DNA of 64,000 nt from an uncultured Victivallales bacterium. GTDB taxonomy: Bacteria > Verrucomicrobiota > Kiritimatiellia > UBA8416 > CAYSRM01. This document shows, piece after piece, positions 39,387 through 49,999 of this stretch (positions are counted from its first letter, which is position 1; each line of letters opens with the position of its first letter). The notes under the pieces were generated by a model. The model had not been told where the DNA came from. It saw nothing but the letters and a program-made list of their open reading frames with translations, and did no database searches. The position numbers and the translations under genes were made by a program. The DNA lies in NCBI GenBank assembly GCA_964475205.1, contig CAYYVQ010000005.1, positions 6,158 through 70,157 of the forward strand, written 5' to 3'.

Positions 39387-42068
39387 GTGAAGACTTTGAT
39401 CGAGTTGATTGATGCCCTGGAGCAACGGGGCGATACTGTCTGCCTTCTCGAGTTCAGTCCGGACAAATTGTCTCGGACAAGTTACAGAGTCCTCGGTTCG
39501 GAAGTGAAAGCGCTGTCGGCAGGGCTGATCGCCGCGGGACTGAAGCAAGGGCAAAGGGTGGCAATGTCCGCCGGAGTGGGCGCGGATTCGCTTACAACGA
39601 TGCTCGCGGTAATTTATGCCGGCGCAGTAGTGGTTCCGATCGACACTCAAATGGGCGATGACGGCCTGCGTCACGTTCTCAAAGACAGCAGTCCCAGTTT
39701 CCTGTTCACCACCTCAGATATTGCTGAAAGAATTGGCCGCCTGGAACCCGGCGCGTCCTGGATTACGGCGCTTTTTGATGAACCGGGAAAAGACGGTCAC
39801 TGGCGCAAGTACATGGAAAAGCCGGAACGCTTGAACGTTCCTGACATTAACCCGTCCGACCAGGTTGTCCTCTTTTATACATCCGGCACTACCGGCGCTC
39901 CAAAGGGGGTGCCGCTGAAACATTCGAACCTGGTGTATCAGATTAAGATGTTGGACCAACAACGAATTGCCGCAAGCGGGGATAATCTGCTCCTGGCGCT
40001 GCCCATGCACCATGTGTATCCTTTTGTGATGGGGTTGCTTGTTCCTCTTTTTTTCGGCGCGTGTATTGTTGTCCCGGCCGCCTTGACGGGTCCCCAGATC
40101 ATGCGCGCTGTTCGGGAAGGAGAAGTCACCGCGATCATCGGTGTGCCTCGGTTTTACCGGGCTTTATATGACGGCATGCAAACGCAGATTAAATCTCGCA
40201 ACACAGTTTTGCGGACTTACCTGCGCATGTCTGAAAAGCTCGCCTTGTTTCTGTACGGCAAAAACTGCGCGTCTGCGGCCCGGTTAATAATGGCGCCATT
40301 GCGTAAAAAGGTCGCGCCGGGGCTCAGGCTGATGGCCAGCGGCGGCTCGGCGCTGGATCCGGAGTTGGGCCAGTGGCTGGAAGCTGTAGGCTGGCAGGTT
40401 GTAGTTGGTTACGGTCTGACTGAAACTTCACCGCTTCTTTCGCTTCGTCTTCCCGGCGGCTGCCCGTTAAAAAGCATTGGAAGACCTGTGCCTGGAACGG
40501 AGATCCGGATTGATCTTCATCATCAAAAGCCCGGATCTGACAACGCTAAAGGTAAAAGCGGCTCGGAACAAGGCGAAATCCTGGCAAAAGGGCCGGGTGT
40601 ATTCGATGGGTACAGAAATCTTCATAAAGAAAACAAAGAGTCTTTCACCCGGGATGGTTTTTTTCGCACCGGAGATCTGGGCTATCTTGATGGCCAGGGC
40701 TGCCTTTATGTAACAGGCAGGATTTCCACGATGATTGTTACTGAAGGCGGCGAAAATGTTCAGCCTGAAAACGTGGAAGCGGAATATTCAAAGCATTCTT
40801 TAATAACAGAAATAGGTTTATTGGAAAAAGACAGAAAGCTTGTGGCCCTGGCGGTTCCCGACAAGTCCGCAGCCGGAGGCTTGAATACTGAAAAAATAAA
40901 CAGCCTTGTTTTGGAGGCAGTAGGCGAGGTGTCCCGCAATCTGCCCTCATACATGCGAATATCCGATGTGCGGGTAACTACTAGAAGTCTGCCTCGCACC
41001 CGGCTCGGAAAGATAAGACGCCACATTCTTGAGGAACGATGGGAAGAAGCAGGTGAAAAAGAAGCAGGCCAGGTCAAGGCTGGACCAATAGCGTTCGAAG
41101 AGATGTCAGATTCAGACCGCCTTCTGCTTGAGAACCCTGTTGCATCCCGGGTTTGGCAATGGCTTGCGGATCGCTATAGCGACAAACGCCTGACCCCGGA
41201 TACGAGCCCGCAGCTTGATCTTGGCATCGATTCCATGGGATGGCTTAACCTGAGTCTTGATTTAAACGAAGCGGCCGGGGTGGAACTTGACGAAACTGCC
41301 ATTGCCCGTGTGGACACCGTGAGAGATCTGCTCAACGAGGTTGTCGATGCTGCAACCGGCGACAGAGAAACTTTTGATCCCGTGGAAGACCCTGGCTCTG
41401 TATTAGACTCATCTCAGCGCCGCTGGCTGCCGCCCCGACGAAAAATCGAGTCGGCGCTCTTTAATATTATTTACCTTGCCGGGGGCGCTCTTTTCCGTTT
41501 GATGTACCGCATTGAAGTCTCGGGAAGGGATAATGTTCCACCTGATGAGCCCTGTGTTTTGACGCCGAACCATGCAAGTTATCTTGATCCATTTGTTCTC
41601 GGTATTGCGCTTGGACGAAGACAATTAGGCAATACCTGCTGGGCAGGAGCCACGGTTGCTGCTTTTGATACGGCTCTAAAAAGACGCGGCAGCCGCCTTG
41701 CCCTTGTTCTCCCGATTGAACCGAGGCGCGGAGCCATGTCGGGTATTGCGTTTGCTTCCTTTGTGCTCCGGCGCGGATACAACCTTGTCTGGTTTCCTGA
41801 AGGTATGCGGTCTCCGGATGGCGCCCTGCAGGAATTCAAGCCCGGGCTTGGCTTTGTGCTCAGCCGCTTGTCGGTTCCGGTCATACCTGTGTCGATAGAA
41901 GGAACCTACGAAGCCTGGCCGACGCGACGTAAATTTCCCAGGCCGGGAAAAATCAGGATCACTTTCGGCCCGCCGACTGATGTTTCAACGCTGAAAGCTC
42001 GCGGCAAAGGCAAAGAAGATCCGGAAAAGATCGTATCCGGATTGCAGAAATTGATGTCCGGAAATTGA
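39387..42068 (+). CDS. tri-domain acyl-AMP ligase (AMP-binding) / acyl-carrier-protein-like / lysophospholipid acyltransferase (PlsC-type) fusion protein (GTG start)
   Basis: LFYTSGTTGAPKGV (AMP-binding core), LGIDSMGWL (phosphopantetheine-site-like), NHASYLD plus FPEGMRSPDG (LPLAT motifs I and III). Confidence 0.75.
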   Translation: MKTLIELIDALEQRGDTVCLLEFSPDKLSRTSYRVLGSEVKALSAGLIAAGLKQGQRVAMSAGVGADSLTTMLAVIYAGAVVVPIDTQMGDDGLRHVLKDSSPSFLFTTSDIAERIGRLEPGASWITALFDEPGKDGHWRKYMEKPERLNVPDINPSDQVVLFYTSGTTGAPKGVPLKHSNLVYQIKMLDQQRIAASGDNLLLALPMHHVYPFVMGLLVPLFFGACIVVPAALTGPQIMRAVREGEVTAIIGVPRFYRALYDGMQTQIKSRNTVLRTYLRMSEKLALFLYGKNCASAARLIMAPLRKKVAPGLRLMASGGSALDPELGQWLEAVGWQVVVGYGLTETSPLLSLRLPGGCPLKSIGRPVPGTEIRIDLHHQKPGSDNAKGKSGSEQGEILAKGPGVFDGYRNLHKENKESFTRDGFFRTGDLGYLDGQGCLYVTGRISTMIVTEGGENVQPENVEAEYSKHSLITEIGLLEKDRKLVALAVPDKSAAGGLNTEKINSLVLEAVGEVSRNLPSYMRISDVRVTTRSLPRTRLGKIRRHILEERWEEAGEKEAGQVKAGPIAFEEMSDSDRLLLENPVASRVWQWLADRYSDKRLTPDTSPQLDLGIDSMGWLNLSLDLNEAAGVELDETAIARVDTVRDLLNEVVDAATGDRETFDPVEDPGSVLDSSQRRWLPPRRKIESALFNIIYLAGGALFRLMYRIEVSGRDNVPPDEPCVLTPNHASYLDPFVLGIALGRRQLGNTCWAGATVAAFDTALKRRGSRLALVLPIEPRRGAMSGIAFASFVLRRGYNLVWFPEGMRSPDGALQEFKPGLGFVLSRLSVPVIPVSIEGTYEAWPTRRKFPRPGKIRITFGPPTDVSTLKARGKGKEDPEKIVSGLQKLMSGN

Positions 42069-42149
42069 CATGCAATCTTTACATTACGGTTTCAATGTAA
42101 TATCATGCCAAACATGTTCAGAAATTCCAGCACTTGACAGATAGGCATT

Positions 42150-42197
42150 AAACGGCAGTTGAACGGTGTGATTTATTGAGTTCAACTGCCGTTTTAA
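42150..42197 (+). terminator. intrinsic terminator: 15-bp perfect stem AAACGGCAGTTGAAC / GTTCAACTGCCGTTT followed by TTTTAA
   Basis: Read directly, about 80 nt after the stop of the 39387..42068 gene. Confidence 0.6.
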
Positions 42198-42333
42198 CGA
42201 TAAATCAACATACCGCAAACTTTTGCGGCAGTGAGCCTTTTAATCGGCGCGCCGGATGTAAGCTTTTGTATTGTATGATCAATATAGCATCTCAGGCGTA
42301 AGCAGTTTGATCTAAGAATATATGTGAGACGAA

Positions 42334-43389
42334 ATGAGCGAAGAGCAGAATTTAAATAGAGCTGAAAAAAAAGCCGGTAGGGTCAAAAAGACAATTACCA
42401 TACAGGACCGCAAAGTATTTGATCTGGCTAAAGCCCGGAGCCTTAGACGCGCCCAGGGCGTTATCCCGGATAAGCCGTCTAATGTTCCAAATTCAAATAT
42501 GCCGCGCATGCCGAGAAAAGGCGCTGGTCCTGCAGGCGGCGCCAGCAAGAAAGCGTCTACCCCGCGAACAAGCCCGAAATTCTTCAGCAAGAGGTACAAG
42601 GTAATTTCAGAGATCGGACGCGGTGGATCGGCTGCGATTTTCAAGGCGAAAGACACCTTTCTTGATGCCGATGTTGCCATCAAGGTGCTGCCGAGGAAAG
42701 TTGTTGCCGACCCGGCCACACGGGAACGGTTTAAGAATGAAGCCCGGATTGCAATGCAACTGGCCCACGAAAACATTGCCCGGCTGTTTCATTTTGATGT
42801 CGAAATAGGGCGTATGTACCTTGTAATGGAGTATGTGCCCGGGGAGGATTTCCGCAAGATTATCGAACATTCGGCTCCTTTGGACCTGGAAGTTGTCCTT
42901 GATATTGCTCATTCGCTTTCAATTGCCCTGGATTATGCTCATCGACACAGCGTATTCCATCGGGATCTTAAGCCGGAAAATATCATGCTTTCGGATCGCG
43001 GCCGCCTTAAGGTCATTGATTTTGGAACAGCCCGCGGCCTGCATTTGAAAAAGCTTAAAACCGAGGGAGTATATCTGGAAGGTACACCCACTTATGCTGC
43101 GCCCGAACAATTTCAGGACAACAAGCCTTCAGCGGCTTCGGATATTTACTCGATGGGGGCGGTTATACAGGAAATGTTAACCTCTCAACCGATCTATCCA
43201 TTTGACATTTCTCCTGAAGAAGTGTTAAAGCGCGAGCCTGCGCCCATGCCTGAATTCGTTCCCCCTGCTGTGCAGGAGGTTATATCGCGCGCTCTGTTGA
43301 CTGATCCAAATGAGCGCTGGCACACTCCAGAAGAATTTTATAACGCGATTTATCAGGCTGCCGTAGAAGTCACAGCTAAGGATGCTTGA
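42334..43389 (+). CDS. serine/threonine protein kinase (Hanks type) with a basic N-terminal extension
   Basis: GRGGSAAIFKA...AIK, HRDLKPENIML, DFGTA, APE motifs. Confidence 0.85.
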   Translation: MSEEQNLNRAEKKAGRVKKTITIQDRKVFDLAKARSLRRAQGVIPDKPSNVPNSNMPRMPRKGAGPAGGASKKASTPRTSPKFFSKRYKVISEIGRGGSAAIFKAKDTFLDADVAIKVLPRKVVADPATRERFKNEARIAMQLAHENIARLFHFDVEIGRMYLVMEYVPGEDFRKIIEHSAPLDLEVVLDIAHSLSIALDYAHRHSVFHRDLKPENIMLSDRGRLKVIDFGTARGLHLKKLKTEGVYLEGTPTYAAPEQFQDNKPSAASDIYSMGAVIQEMLTSQPIYPFDISPEEVLKREPAPMPEFVPPAVQEVISRALLTDPNERWHTPEEFYNAIYQAAVEVTAKDA

Positions 43390-43634
43390 CATTAACCCGC
43401 ATATCTCACACTGCGGGTTAATCAATTCGGATACCGATCACCACTGACTGTAACGGTTCATAAACAATGTAATTAATCGTGAGAGGGTTCGCGCCGAGAC
43501 AGTACGCCAGAGCTTACTGGGTTTCCTGGCTCCGCTTCTCAAAAATGTTGCTTTCTTTTTATGTTGTCGAAAAGCCTGTTGGCCCTTAAAATTGCGGCAT
43601 TTACGACCGTAATAGCAGCAAAAGAGAAAGGCCG

Positions 43635-44858
43635 GTGTTTATGACTCGTTTTTTATTGCATATTTTTATTCTTCTGTTTGCCGGTTATGCTGTCCACGGT
43701 GAACCAGGCAGCTCGTGGCAATCCTGGAGAAGTTCCAATAGGGACGGGAAGTCCGAAGACAAAGGCCTGCTGAAAGCGTGGCCGGAAGGCGGCCCGGAGA
43801 AGCTCTGGGAAAAAAACAACCTTGGCAAGGGTTTTTCAAGCGTAACGGTTGCGGACGGACGCGTATTTATAACCGGCGCGAAAAACGGAAAATGTGTGGT
43901 CTACTGTCTTGACATGAAAGGTCAGACCTTGTGGGAGACGGAACACGGCGCGGCATGGACCAGGAGTTACGCGGGCTCGAGAGCATCAGTTACCATAGAC
44001 AGAGATAAGGCATATCTTCTTTCAGGACATGGCAAGCTTGCTTGTTATGAAATTGAATCAGGAAAGATGGTCTGGTCGCGGAAAATGAGCGAGTTTGGAG
44101 GCAAAACTCCGAATTGGGGTTATGCCGAGTCAGCGCTGGTTGTCAACGGTAAGGTTATAGTCAGTCCGGGCGGCAAAAACTGTATTGTGGCGCTTGACAA
44201 GAAAACCGGCCGCGCGATATGGAAAAGCAGGGGCAATGGAGCCTCCGCTCATTACTGTTCGGCAATACGGGTGCCTTATCGAGGAAAACACATGATTGTA
44301 AACGGCAACCGCGGCGGTATATTTGCAGTGAGCGAATCTGACGGTGAAACACTCTGGTCCAACGGTTTTTGTTCAGGTAATACGGCTAATTGTCCCACGC
44401 CTGCCTTTAGTGATAATTATGTATTCTGGGCCAACGGATACGGCAAAGGCGGCATCTGCCTTAAAATCAGCTTTTCCGGAACAGAAGTAAAAGCTACAGA
44501 GGCGTGGCGGACTAAAGACATGGTCTGTCATCATGGCGGATATGTGATTCACAACGGTTATATTTATGGCAACAACAATAAGGGATGGTCATGTCTCGAC
44601 CTCAAGACCGGAGAAAAGAAATGGTTTGCCAAAGGTGTCGGCAAAGGATCTCTTTGTTATGCTGATGGCATGCTATACTTGTTCGGTGAGCGCGGAGGCA
44701 ACGTTGCACTGGCAGTAGCATCGCCGGAGAATTTTGAAATGACCGGCAGCTTTTCAGTATCCGGCAAGGGCCCGAGCTGGGCGCATCCGGTTGTGACCGG
44801 CGGACGCCTGTACCTGCGCTACGGAAACAATCTATATTGCTACAATGTCCGTAAGTAG
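43635..44858 (+). CDS. PQQ-like beta-propeller repeat protein (BamB-like), secreted
   Basis: Signal peptide. Repeated W-spaced beta-propeller blades. Confidence 0.7.
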   Translation: MFMTRFLLHIFILLFAGYAVHGEPGSSWQSWRSSNRDGKSEDKGLLKAWPEGGPEKLWEKNNLGKGFSSVTVADGRVFITGAKNGKCVVYCLDMKGQTLWETEHGAAWTRSYAGSRASVTIDRDKAYLLSGHGKLACYEIESGKMVWSRKMSEFGGKTPNWGYAESALVVNGKVIVSPGGKNCIVALDKKTGRAIWKSRGNGASAHYCSAIRVPYRGKHMIVNGNRGGIFAVSESDGETLWSNGFCSGNTANCPTPAFSDNYVFWANGYGKGGICLKISFSGTEVKATEAWRTKDMVCHHGGYVIHNGYIYGNNNKGWSCLDLKTGEKKWFAKGVGKGSLCYADGMLYLFGERGGNVALAVASPENFEMTGSFSVSGKGPSWAHPVVTGGRLYLRYGNNLYCYNVRK

Positions 44859-44877
44859 TCACAAGGCTTACATTTAA

Positions 44878-47355
44878 TCAGAATGTGTTGTATATGCTGT
44901 GCGCTTTAAGGCCGCGCTTGAGGCGGGATAAATCAACATTGTCGTCAGTTTCGATGACTACGTTTTTTGGTGCGCCTTTCCGGACATGAAAGAAATTATC
45001 GCTGAAAGAAGCTTGAATGTTCGCCGGAGGCTGCAGCCAGCACCACAGGGCAGCCGAGCCGGAAGAAACTTGAGCCACGAATTGTCTTGTTGGTTCTCTT
45101 TTGAGTTTTACTGACAATTCCGGATCAACCAGGTCCATTCTTTTAGGTCGATCAAACATTACCAGGTTGGAAGAAAGAACTGTGCCTTTTTCTCCGGCTT
45201 CGAGCCATACCAGCAGTTCCTCGGGGCCGGCCTGTTTCATTACGTCCTTAACATCGAGAACCTTGACCCGCTTACTGCTGCGTTCGCTCACGGTAAACGG
45301 GAAACGGTCTTCCACGATCTTCTCCCCGCGCACTGTTGTGAGGCTCCAGTTGATGTGACCTTTGATCTGTCCGAGCATGTCGTTTGTCACATGGACATCA
45401 ACTCTGCCCGTTTCCGGGTGTTCAACGCCAGAGACCAGGACGGGGGCGTAGAATTTTCGGGCCATGTAATGCAGCGCTTTCCATTTGCCGTAGTAATCAA
45501 TGGAAGACCAGCTTGCCACCGGCCAGCAGTCGTTAAGCTGCCAGTAAAGTGTTCCCATCGTTTCAGGCATGTTTCGCCGCCAGTGTTCAATGCCGTACTT
45601 CATGGCCATACCCTGAAGGATCTGACTGAGCCACAGGGTCATCTCGAAATTCTTCGGCATTCTGAACCAGTCAAGCATGTACTGTATTATCGCCACATTG
45701 CCGATATTGCTTCGCTGGTGATGCTCCATAACCGGCGATGTAATGTTGTGGTCCTTACGGGTTGTATAAAGATTGACTGTTCCAGGTTCGGGAAAACTCT
45801 GGAATCCGAATTCGCTTATAAACCTGTGTGTGCAGGTACGGTACCATTCAAAAGGTTTCCTGCCGTGCCATACGCTCCACAAATGTGCATCGCCCCATCC
45901 AGGGTTTCTGTGGTCTGACCGGTCGCCTCTGGGCGAATGCGGACTGCCGGGCCAGTATGGACGTTCCGGGTCCTCGCGACGGACAACTGATGATATTGTC
46001 TTGTCGAAAAGCCTCTTATAATCAGTCCATGACATTGCGGTATCGGTGCGTTGGTCTGCAACAAGTCCCTGCTCAAGTTCATTGTTGCCACACCACAGGG
46101 CGAGACAAGGATGATGTCTGAGTCGCCTGACGTTGTCGCGCGCTTCCAATTTCACGTTGTCAACAAACTCATCATCAAAAGCAGGATAAGCGGCGCATGC
46201 AAACATGAAATCCTGCCAGAGGCAAATGCCATATTCATCGCATAGATCATAAAATAGATTCGACTCATATATACCCCCGCCCCAGACTCTCAGCATGTTC
46301 ATATTAGCCTTAACGGAATCTTCAATCAGTCTCCTGTAGTCTTCGGGTTTTACCCGGGATACCGGAGCATCGGCCGGGATCCAGTTGGCGCCTTTGGCAA
46401 AAAACTGCTTTCCGTTGATAACAAAAGCGAAGGATTCTCCTTTTTTATCTTTTTGTGTTTTCAACTCCAAAGTGCGTAAACCGATTCTTTTTTCATCGGT
46501 AGCCAGCAAGTCGCCGTTTTTGTCGAGCAGATCAATGGCCAATTCGTACAAGGGTTGTTTGCCCATTCCGTTGGGCCACCAGAGGTTTGGCTTTTGTACG
46601 ATTAACTCGACTGATGTCGTCTTACCTTTAAACTGAAGCTCTGCTTCAGTTACCAGTGAGCCTGAAAAATAGAGACTTGCTTTGCCTTGAAGGAAGGCGC
46701 GGCGCGTTTTTTGAATTTCAGCTTTGACATCAATCCGCACCTTGCCGCCTGAATGTTTCTGGCTGATCTTTATGTTTTCCAATCTCGCGATGTTGAATCC
46801 CGCCAATTCAATATCCCGCCATATTCCCGAGGTCACCAATTTCGGGCCCCAATCCCAGCCGAAATTGCTTGGCTGTTTGCGAATCCATCCGCCGCTGTCC
46901 ACTCTGTGGTTGCCAACACCCCACCCATGCATATAGGCCTGGGCATTTCTCTTTGCGACATACTTGAGAGGAGATGAAAAATGTATTTTGATCTGGTTTG
47001 AGCCGCGGCGAAGCAGGCTCTTGACATCAAACTCCCATGTTCGATGCATGTTGTCGGTTGATGCGACTTTCTTTCTGTTTATGAATATGTCGGCAATCGT
47101 GTCCAGCCCGTGACATTTCAGCAGTACCCTGTCATACCTCATCAAGTCGTTTTCCACCGTGAAATCGCGCGAATATACCCAGTCGCTCTCACCAACCCAG
47201 CTCTGCTTATCTTCATTGTCCCGGAAAAAAGGATCGGGAATTACTTTATTGGTCATGAGCGCGTCATGAACCATGCCCGGCACGTGGGCTTCGTAAATCT
47301 CGTTGCTCCCTTTGCGAGCGCAGGACCAAGAGCCGTTAAGTGTTTGAATATGCAT
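44878..47355 (-). CDS. glycoside hydrolase family 2 (beta-mannosidase-like)
   Basis: GH2 sugar-binding and TIM-barrel organisation. GGAGG SD before the ATG at 47355, and the ORF-track start at 47418 is an over-extension. Confidence 0.75.
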   Translation of the reverse strand: MHIQTLNGSWSCARKGSNEIYEAHVPGMVHDALMTNKVIPDPFFRDNEDKQSWVGESDWVYSRDFTVENDLMRYDRVLLKCHGLDTIADIFINRKKVASTDNMHRTWEFDVKSLLRRGSNQIKIHFSSPLKYVAKRNAQAYMHGWGVGNHRVDSGGWIRKQPSNFGWDWGPKLVTSGIWRDIELAGFNIARLENIKISQKHSGGKVRIDVKAEIQKTRRAFLQGKASLYFSGSLVTEAELQFKGKTTSVELIVQKPNLWWPNGMGKQPLYELAIDLLDKNGDLLATDEKRIGLRTLELKTQKDKKGESFAFVINGKQFFAKGANWIPADAPVSRVKPEDYRRLIEDSVKANMNMLRVWGGGIYESNLFYDLCDEYGICLWQDFMFACAAYPAFDDEFVDNVKLEARDNVRRLRHHPCLALWCGNNELEQGLVADQRTDTAMSWTDYKRLFDKTISSVVRREDPERPYWPGSPHSPRGDRSDHRNPGWGDAHLWSVWHGRKPFEWYRTCTHRFISEFGFQSFPEPGTVNLYTTRKDHNITSPVMEHHQRSNIGNVAIIQYMLDWFRMPKNFEMTLWLSQILQGMAMKYGIEHWRRNMPETMGTLYWQLNDCWPVASWSSIDYYGKWKALHYMARKFYAPVLVSGVEHPETGRVDVHVTNDMLGQIKGHINWSLTTVRGEKIVEDRFPFTVSERSSKRVKVLDVKDVMKQAGPEELLVWLEAGEKGTVLSSNLVMFDRPKRMDLVDPELSVKLKREPTRQFVAQVSSGSAALWCWLQPPANIQASFSDNFFHVRKGAPKNVVIETDDNVDLSRLKRGLKAHSIYNTF

Positions 47356-47540
47356 GACCAGAATCCTCCAGATAAGTATTGTCCCATAATCGCAAAAAAC
47401 AGATCCCAAAACAAACAAAACCCAAGCAGGGCTCAGGCCGCAATCAGATCAAGCTTGCAAGAACTGTCAGCGGGCTTTAGATTTCCGAGTTTCACACAAG
47501 AGGGAGGAGAAACAGGAAGCATCGGATCCTGAATGCAGCC

Positions 47541-48098
47541 ATGTCTATATTTGCAATAATCGCCATAGCTTTTGCTGTTGCCATGGACGCTTTTGCAGTG
47601 TCAATTTCCAGCGGCATAGCTATTCGGGAGATGAAGGTGCGTCATGCGCTGCTTATAGCCGCATTCTTCGGAATATTTCAGGGCGTCATGCCGATGGTCG
47701 GCTGGATGGTTGGCGAAGGTGTCAAAGCGTTTATTGAACCATGGGATCACTGGGTAGCCTTCGGCCTTCTGCTCGGGGCCGGCGTTAAACTGATTTATGA
47801 ATCACGAAAAAGTCAAGGCAGTCCACCGGGTTATGACCCTACGAATATCTATGTACTTTTCATTCTATCAATCGCCACCAGTATTGATGCTCTGGCTGTG
47901 GGGCTTACCTTGTCCTTCGTGGATATAGGAATAGTGGTTCCGGTAATGGTTATAGGGTTCATAACTTTTATCATGTCATTCGCGGGGACTTACACCGGCA
48001 AAATGCTGGGGCATCTGCTGGAACGCAAAATGGAACTGGCGGCCGGGCTGCTGTTGATTGCTATTGGCATAAAGGTTCTCATTGAACATACAAGCTAG
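47541..48098 (+). CDS. mntP: manganese efflux pump MntP
   Basis: Duplicated MDAFAVS / IDALAVG motifs in a 6-TM protein. Confidence 0.85.
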   Translation: MSIFAIIAIAFAVAMDAFAVSISSGIAIREMKVRHALLIAAFFGIFQGVMPMVGWMVGEGVKAFIEPWDHWVAFGLLLGAGVKLIYESRKSQGSPPGYDPTNIYVLFILSIATSIDALAVGLTLSFVDIGIVVPVMVIGFITFIMSFAGTYTGKMLGHLLERKMELAAGLLLIAIGIKVLIEHTS

Positions 48099-48147
48099 CA
48101 CAATATGGCGCCCGGCAACTGGTCAGGCTTCTTGCGTCGAATCCACA

Positions 48148-49467
48148 TCAGTCCTTCGGGGATGGTGCGGGGTAGTCCGGTTCATCAAGTCCCGATATCA
48201 GTTCATCAATATTTACAGTGCGATTTTCTTCGATCGAACGGTTGCCTGCGATTCCGGTAAGAATTGACCATGCCCCGCCGCGGTAATCCGAGGCTCTCAT
48301 GTACTTATCCTGCGGCGGCGACTCACTGAACAAATCTTCAAGTAGCACCGGATCGCCCCCTCCGTGGCCTCCGCTTCCGGTCCATATGTCGACCTCGTAT
48401 GCAGTCTCGAAATGTGGATACACTTTTGTTTTGGTGCCTTCCTTTATCAGTTTTCCGGGAACATTGCCGTCGCCGCTGACATAAACGGTTTCCTGACAGA
48501 TATGCTCTATTCTCCCCTTGCTGCCGTTAATTGCAACCTGCAGTCCCTCCCATGGCATAAAGGCATTAAGAGAATAACTCATGGTTGCTCCGTTCTTGTA
48601 GGAAACAATCAGGTGCATAGTGTCTTCAATATCAATATCTTTGCTAAAGACGCACTTGTCCCGGAAATATCCATCGAAATGTTCATTTTCCAGGTACAGC
48701 TTGCGATGCGTTTCATTGGACTCCATGTCCAGGGCAAACCGGCAATTCTTGAATTCAGGGCACTGGCTGCACCTTTCTGATCGAGCGCTCAGGCCGTACC
48801 GCTCGGCCGTTTCGGGCAGATAAAAGTTTCGTTTTCCAAGCGCGTGTACGCTTTGGGGTGTCGTATCAAGCCACCAGTTAATCAGATCAAAGTGGTGTGT
48901 TGCCTTATGAACCAGCAGACCTCCTGAATTTTCCTTGTTACGGTGCCAGCGCCGGAAGTAGTCGGCGCCGTGGCGCGTGTTCAACAGCCAGTTGAAATCG
49001 ACAGACAACACATCGCCGATCACTCCCGACATCAGGAGTTCCTTGATCTGGGTTCGAGGCGGTGAATACCTGTAGTTGAAAGTCACCCTGCAGTCCCTTC
49101 TGGTTTTTCTGCAGGTATCAATAATGCGTTGGCATTTCTGCTCACTGATGGTCATGGGCTTTTCAGTTATGGTATCACAGCCCATTTCCATGGCTTTGCA
49201 GATATAATCATCGTGATATCGGTCAACTGTAGTCACTATGACCGTATCAGGCTGAGTTTCACGGATCATCTTCTCGAATTCGCCGGCGGGGTAGCCCTTT
49301 GTTTCCGCTCCCGCTTCTGTGCATTTGCTTAGCGCCAGGTTCAGTCTTCCCGGGTTGCGGTCGCAGACCGCAACAAGTTTGCTGTGGCCGGCGTATTTGT
49401 CAAGCAGCGCTTTCGAGTACATGCGTGAACGGCTGCCGACTCCGACAATAGCGTATTTTTTTGCCAT
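48148..49467 (-). CDS. Gfo/Idh/MocA family oxidoreductase
   Basis: N-terminal Rossmann IVGVGSRS, family C-terminal domain. GAGAGGAG SD. Confidence 0.8.
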   Translation of the reverse strand: MAKKYAIVGVGSRSRMYSKALLDKYAGHSKLVAVCDRNPGRLNLALSKCTEAGAETKGYPAGEFEKMIRETQPDTVIVTTVDRYHDDYICKAMEMGCDTITEKPMTISEQKCQRIIDTCRKTRRDCRVTFNYRYSPPRTQIKELLMSGVIGDVLSVDFNWLLNTRHGADYFRRWHRNKENSGGLLVHKATHHFDLINWWLDTTPQSVHALGKRNFYLPETAERYGLSARSERCSQCPEFKNCRFALDMESNETHRKLYLENEHFDGYFRDKCVFSKDIDIEDTMHLIVSYKNGATMSYSLNAFMPWEGLQVAINGSKGRIEHICQETVYVSGDGNVPGKLIKEGTKTKVYPHFETAYEVDIWTGSGGHGGGDPVLLEDLFSESPPQDKYMRASDYRGGAWSILTGIAGNRSIEENRTVNIDELISGLDEPDYPAPSPKD

Positions 49468-49789
49468 CAGAACTCCTCTCTGAATTTCAGCAGAGTATTA
49501 TAATACAATGAAAGTGAGTCAAGGCGCTTTAACTTTGTGCGCGGGCGCTTTTTTATTACTGACGGCTTAGGCAATAATACGCCTTCAACATTGAGAGAGA
49601 AGGCGCGGGAGGGTCTTGGGCCTGATCAGACAACCTTGTTTATGACCGGATCCAGCAATTGACATTGCAAATTGATGGTTATGAGTAAGCGGGTGTGTGG
49701 GTATATTTAAACCATACCCGGCCCCCCTGAATAATAGCAATCCATGAACAGAGCGACCGGGCAGGGTATTATTTTTTTAGCGCTCTTTT

Positions 49790-49999
49790 TTACATTTCAT
49801 CGCCGGCTTCTTCAGCGGCGTCGCCTGTTTCTTCAACGGCGTCGGCTGCTTCCTCTGTAGCTTCTTCAGCAGCGTCGCCTGTTTCCTCGACGGCCTCGCC
49901 GGCTTCATCTTCACCTTCTTCCATCTTCGTGCATCCTGCGCCGCAAATCATTGCTACCGTAAGAACCAAACCGAGAAAACTTCTGATCCACTTGCTCAT
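49790..49999 (-). CDS. small acidic repeat lipoprotein (AVEETGDAAEEA repeats)
   Basis: Signal peptide with lipobox ICGAGC followed by about 4 acidic repeats. Confidence 0.35.
   Translation of the reverse strand: MSKWIRSFLGLVLTVAMICGAGCTKMEEGEDEAGEAVEETGDAAEEATEEAADAVEETGDAAEEAGDEM

Noticed and set aside
47420-47540. Looked for a yybP-ykoY Mn riboswitch in front of mntP
   Set aside because: The leader has a purine-rich GAGGGAGGAG tract, but I could not place the conserved yybP-ykoY helices or the ACAUAC-type junction, so no call.
49468-49560. GCGCGGGCGC hairpin plus T6 on the plus strand upstream of the Gfo/Idh/MocA gene, considered as a terminator
   Set aside because: No plus-strand gene ends nearby. 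It lies in the promoter/leader of a minus-strand gene. It may be a tiny sRNA terminator, but evidence is insufficient.
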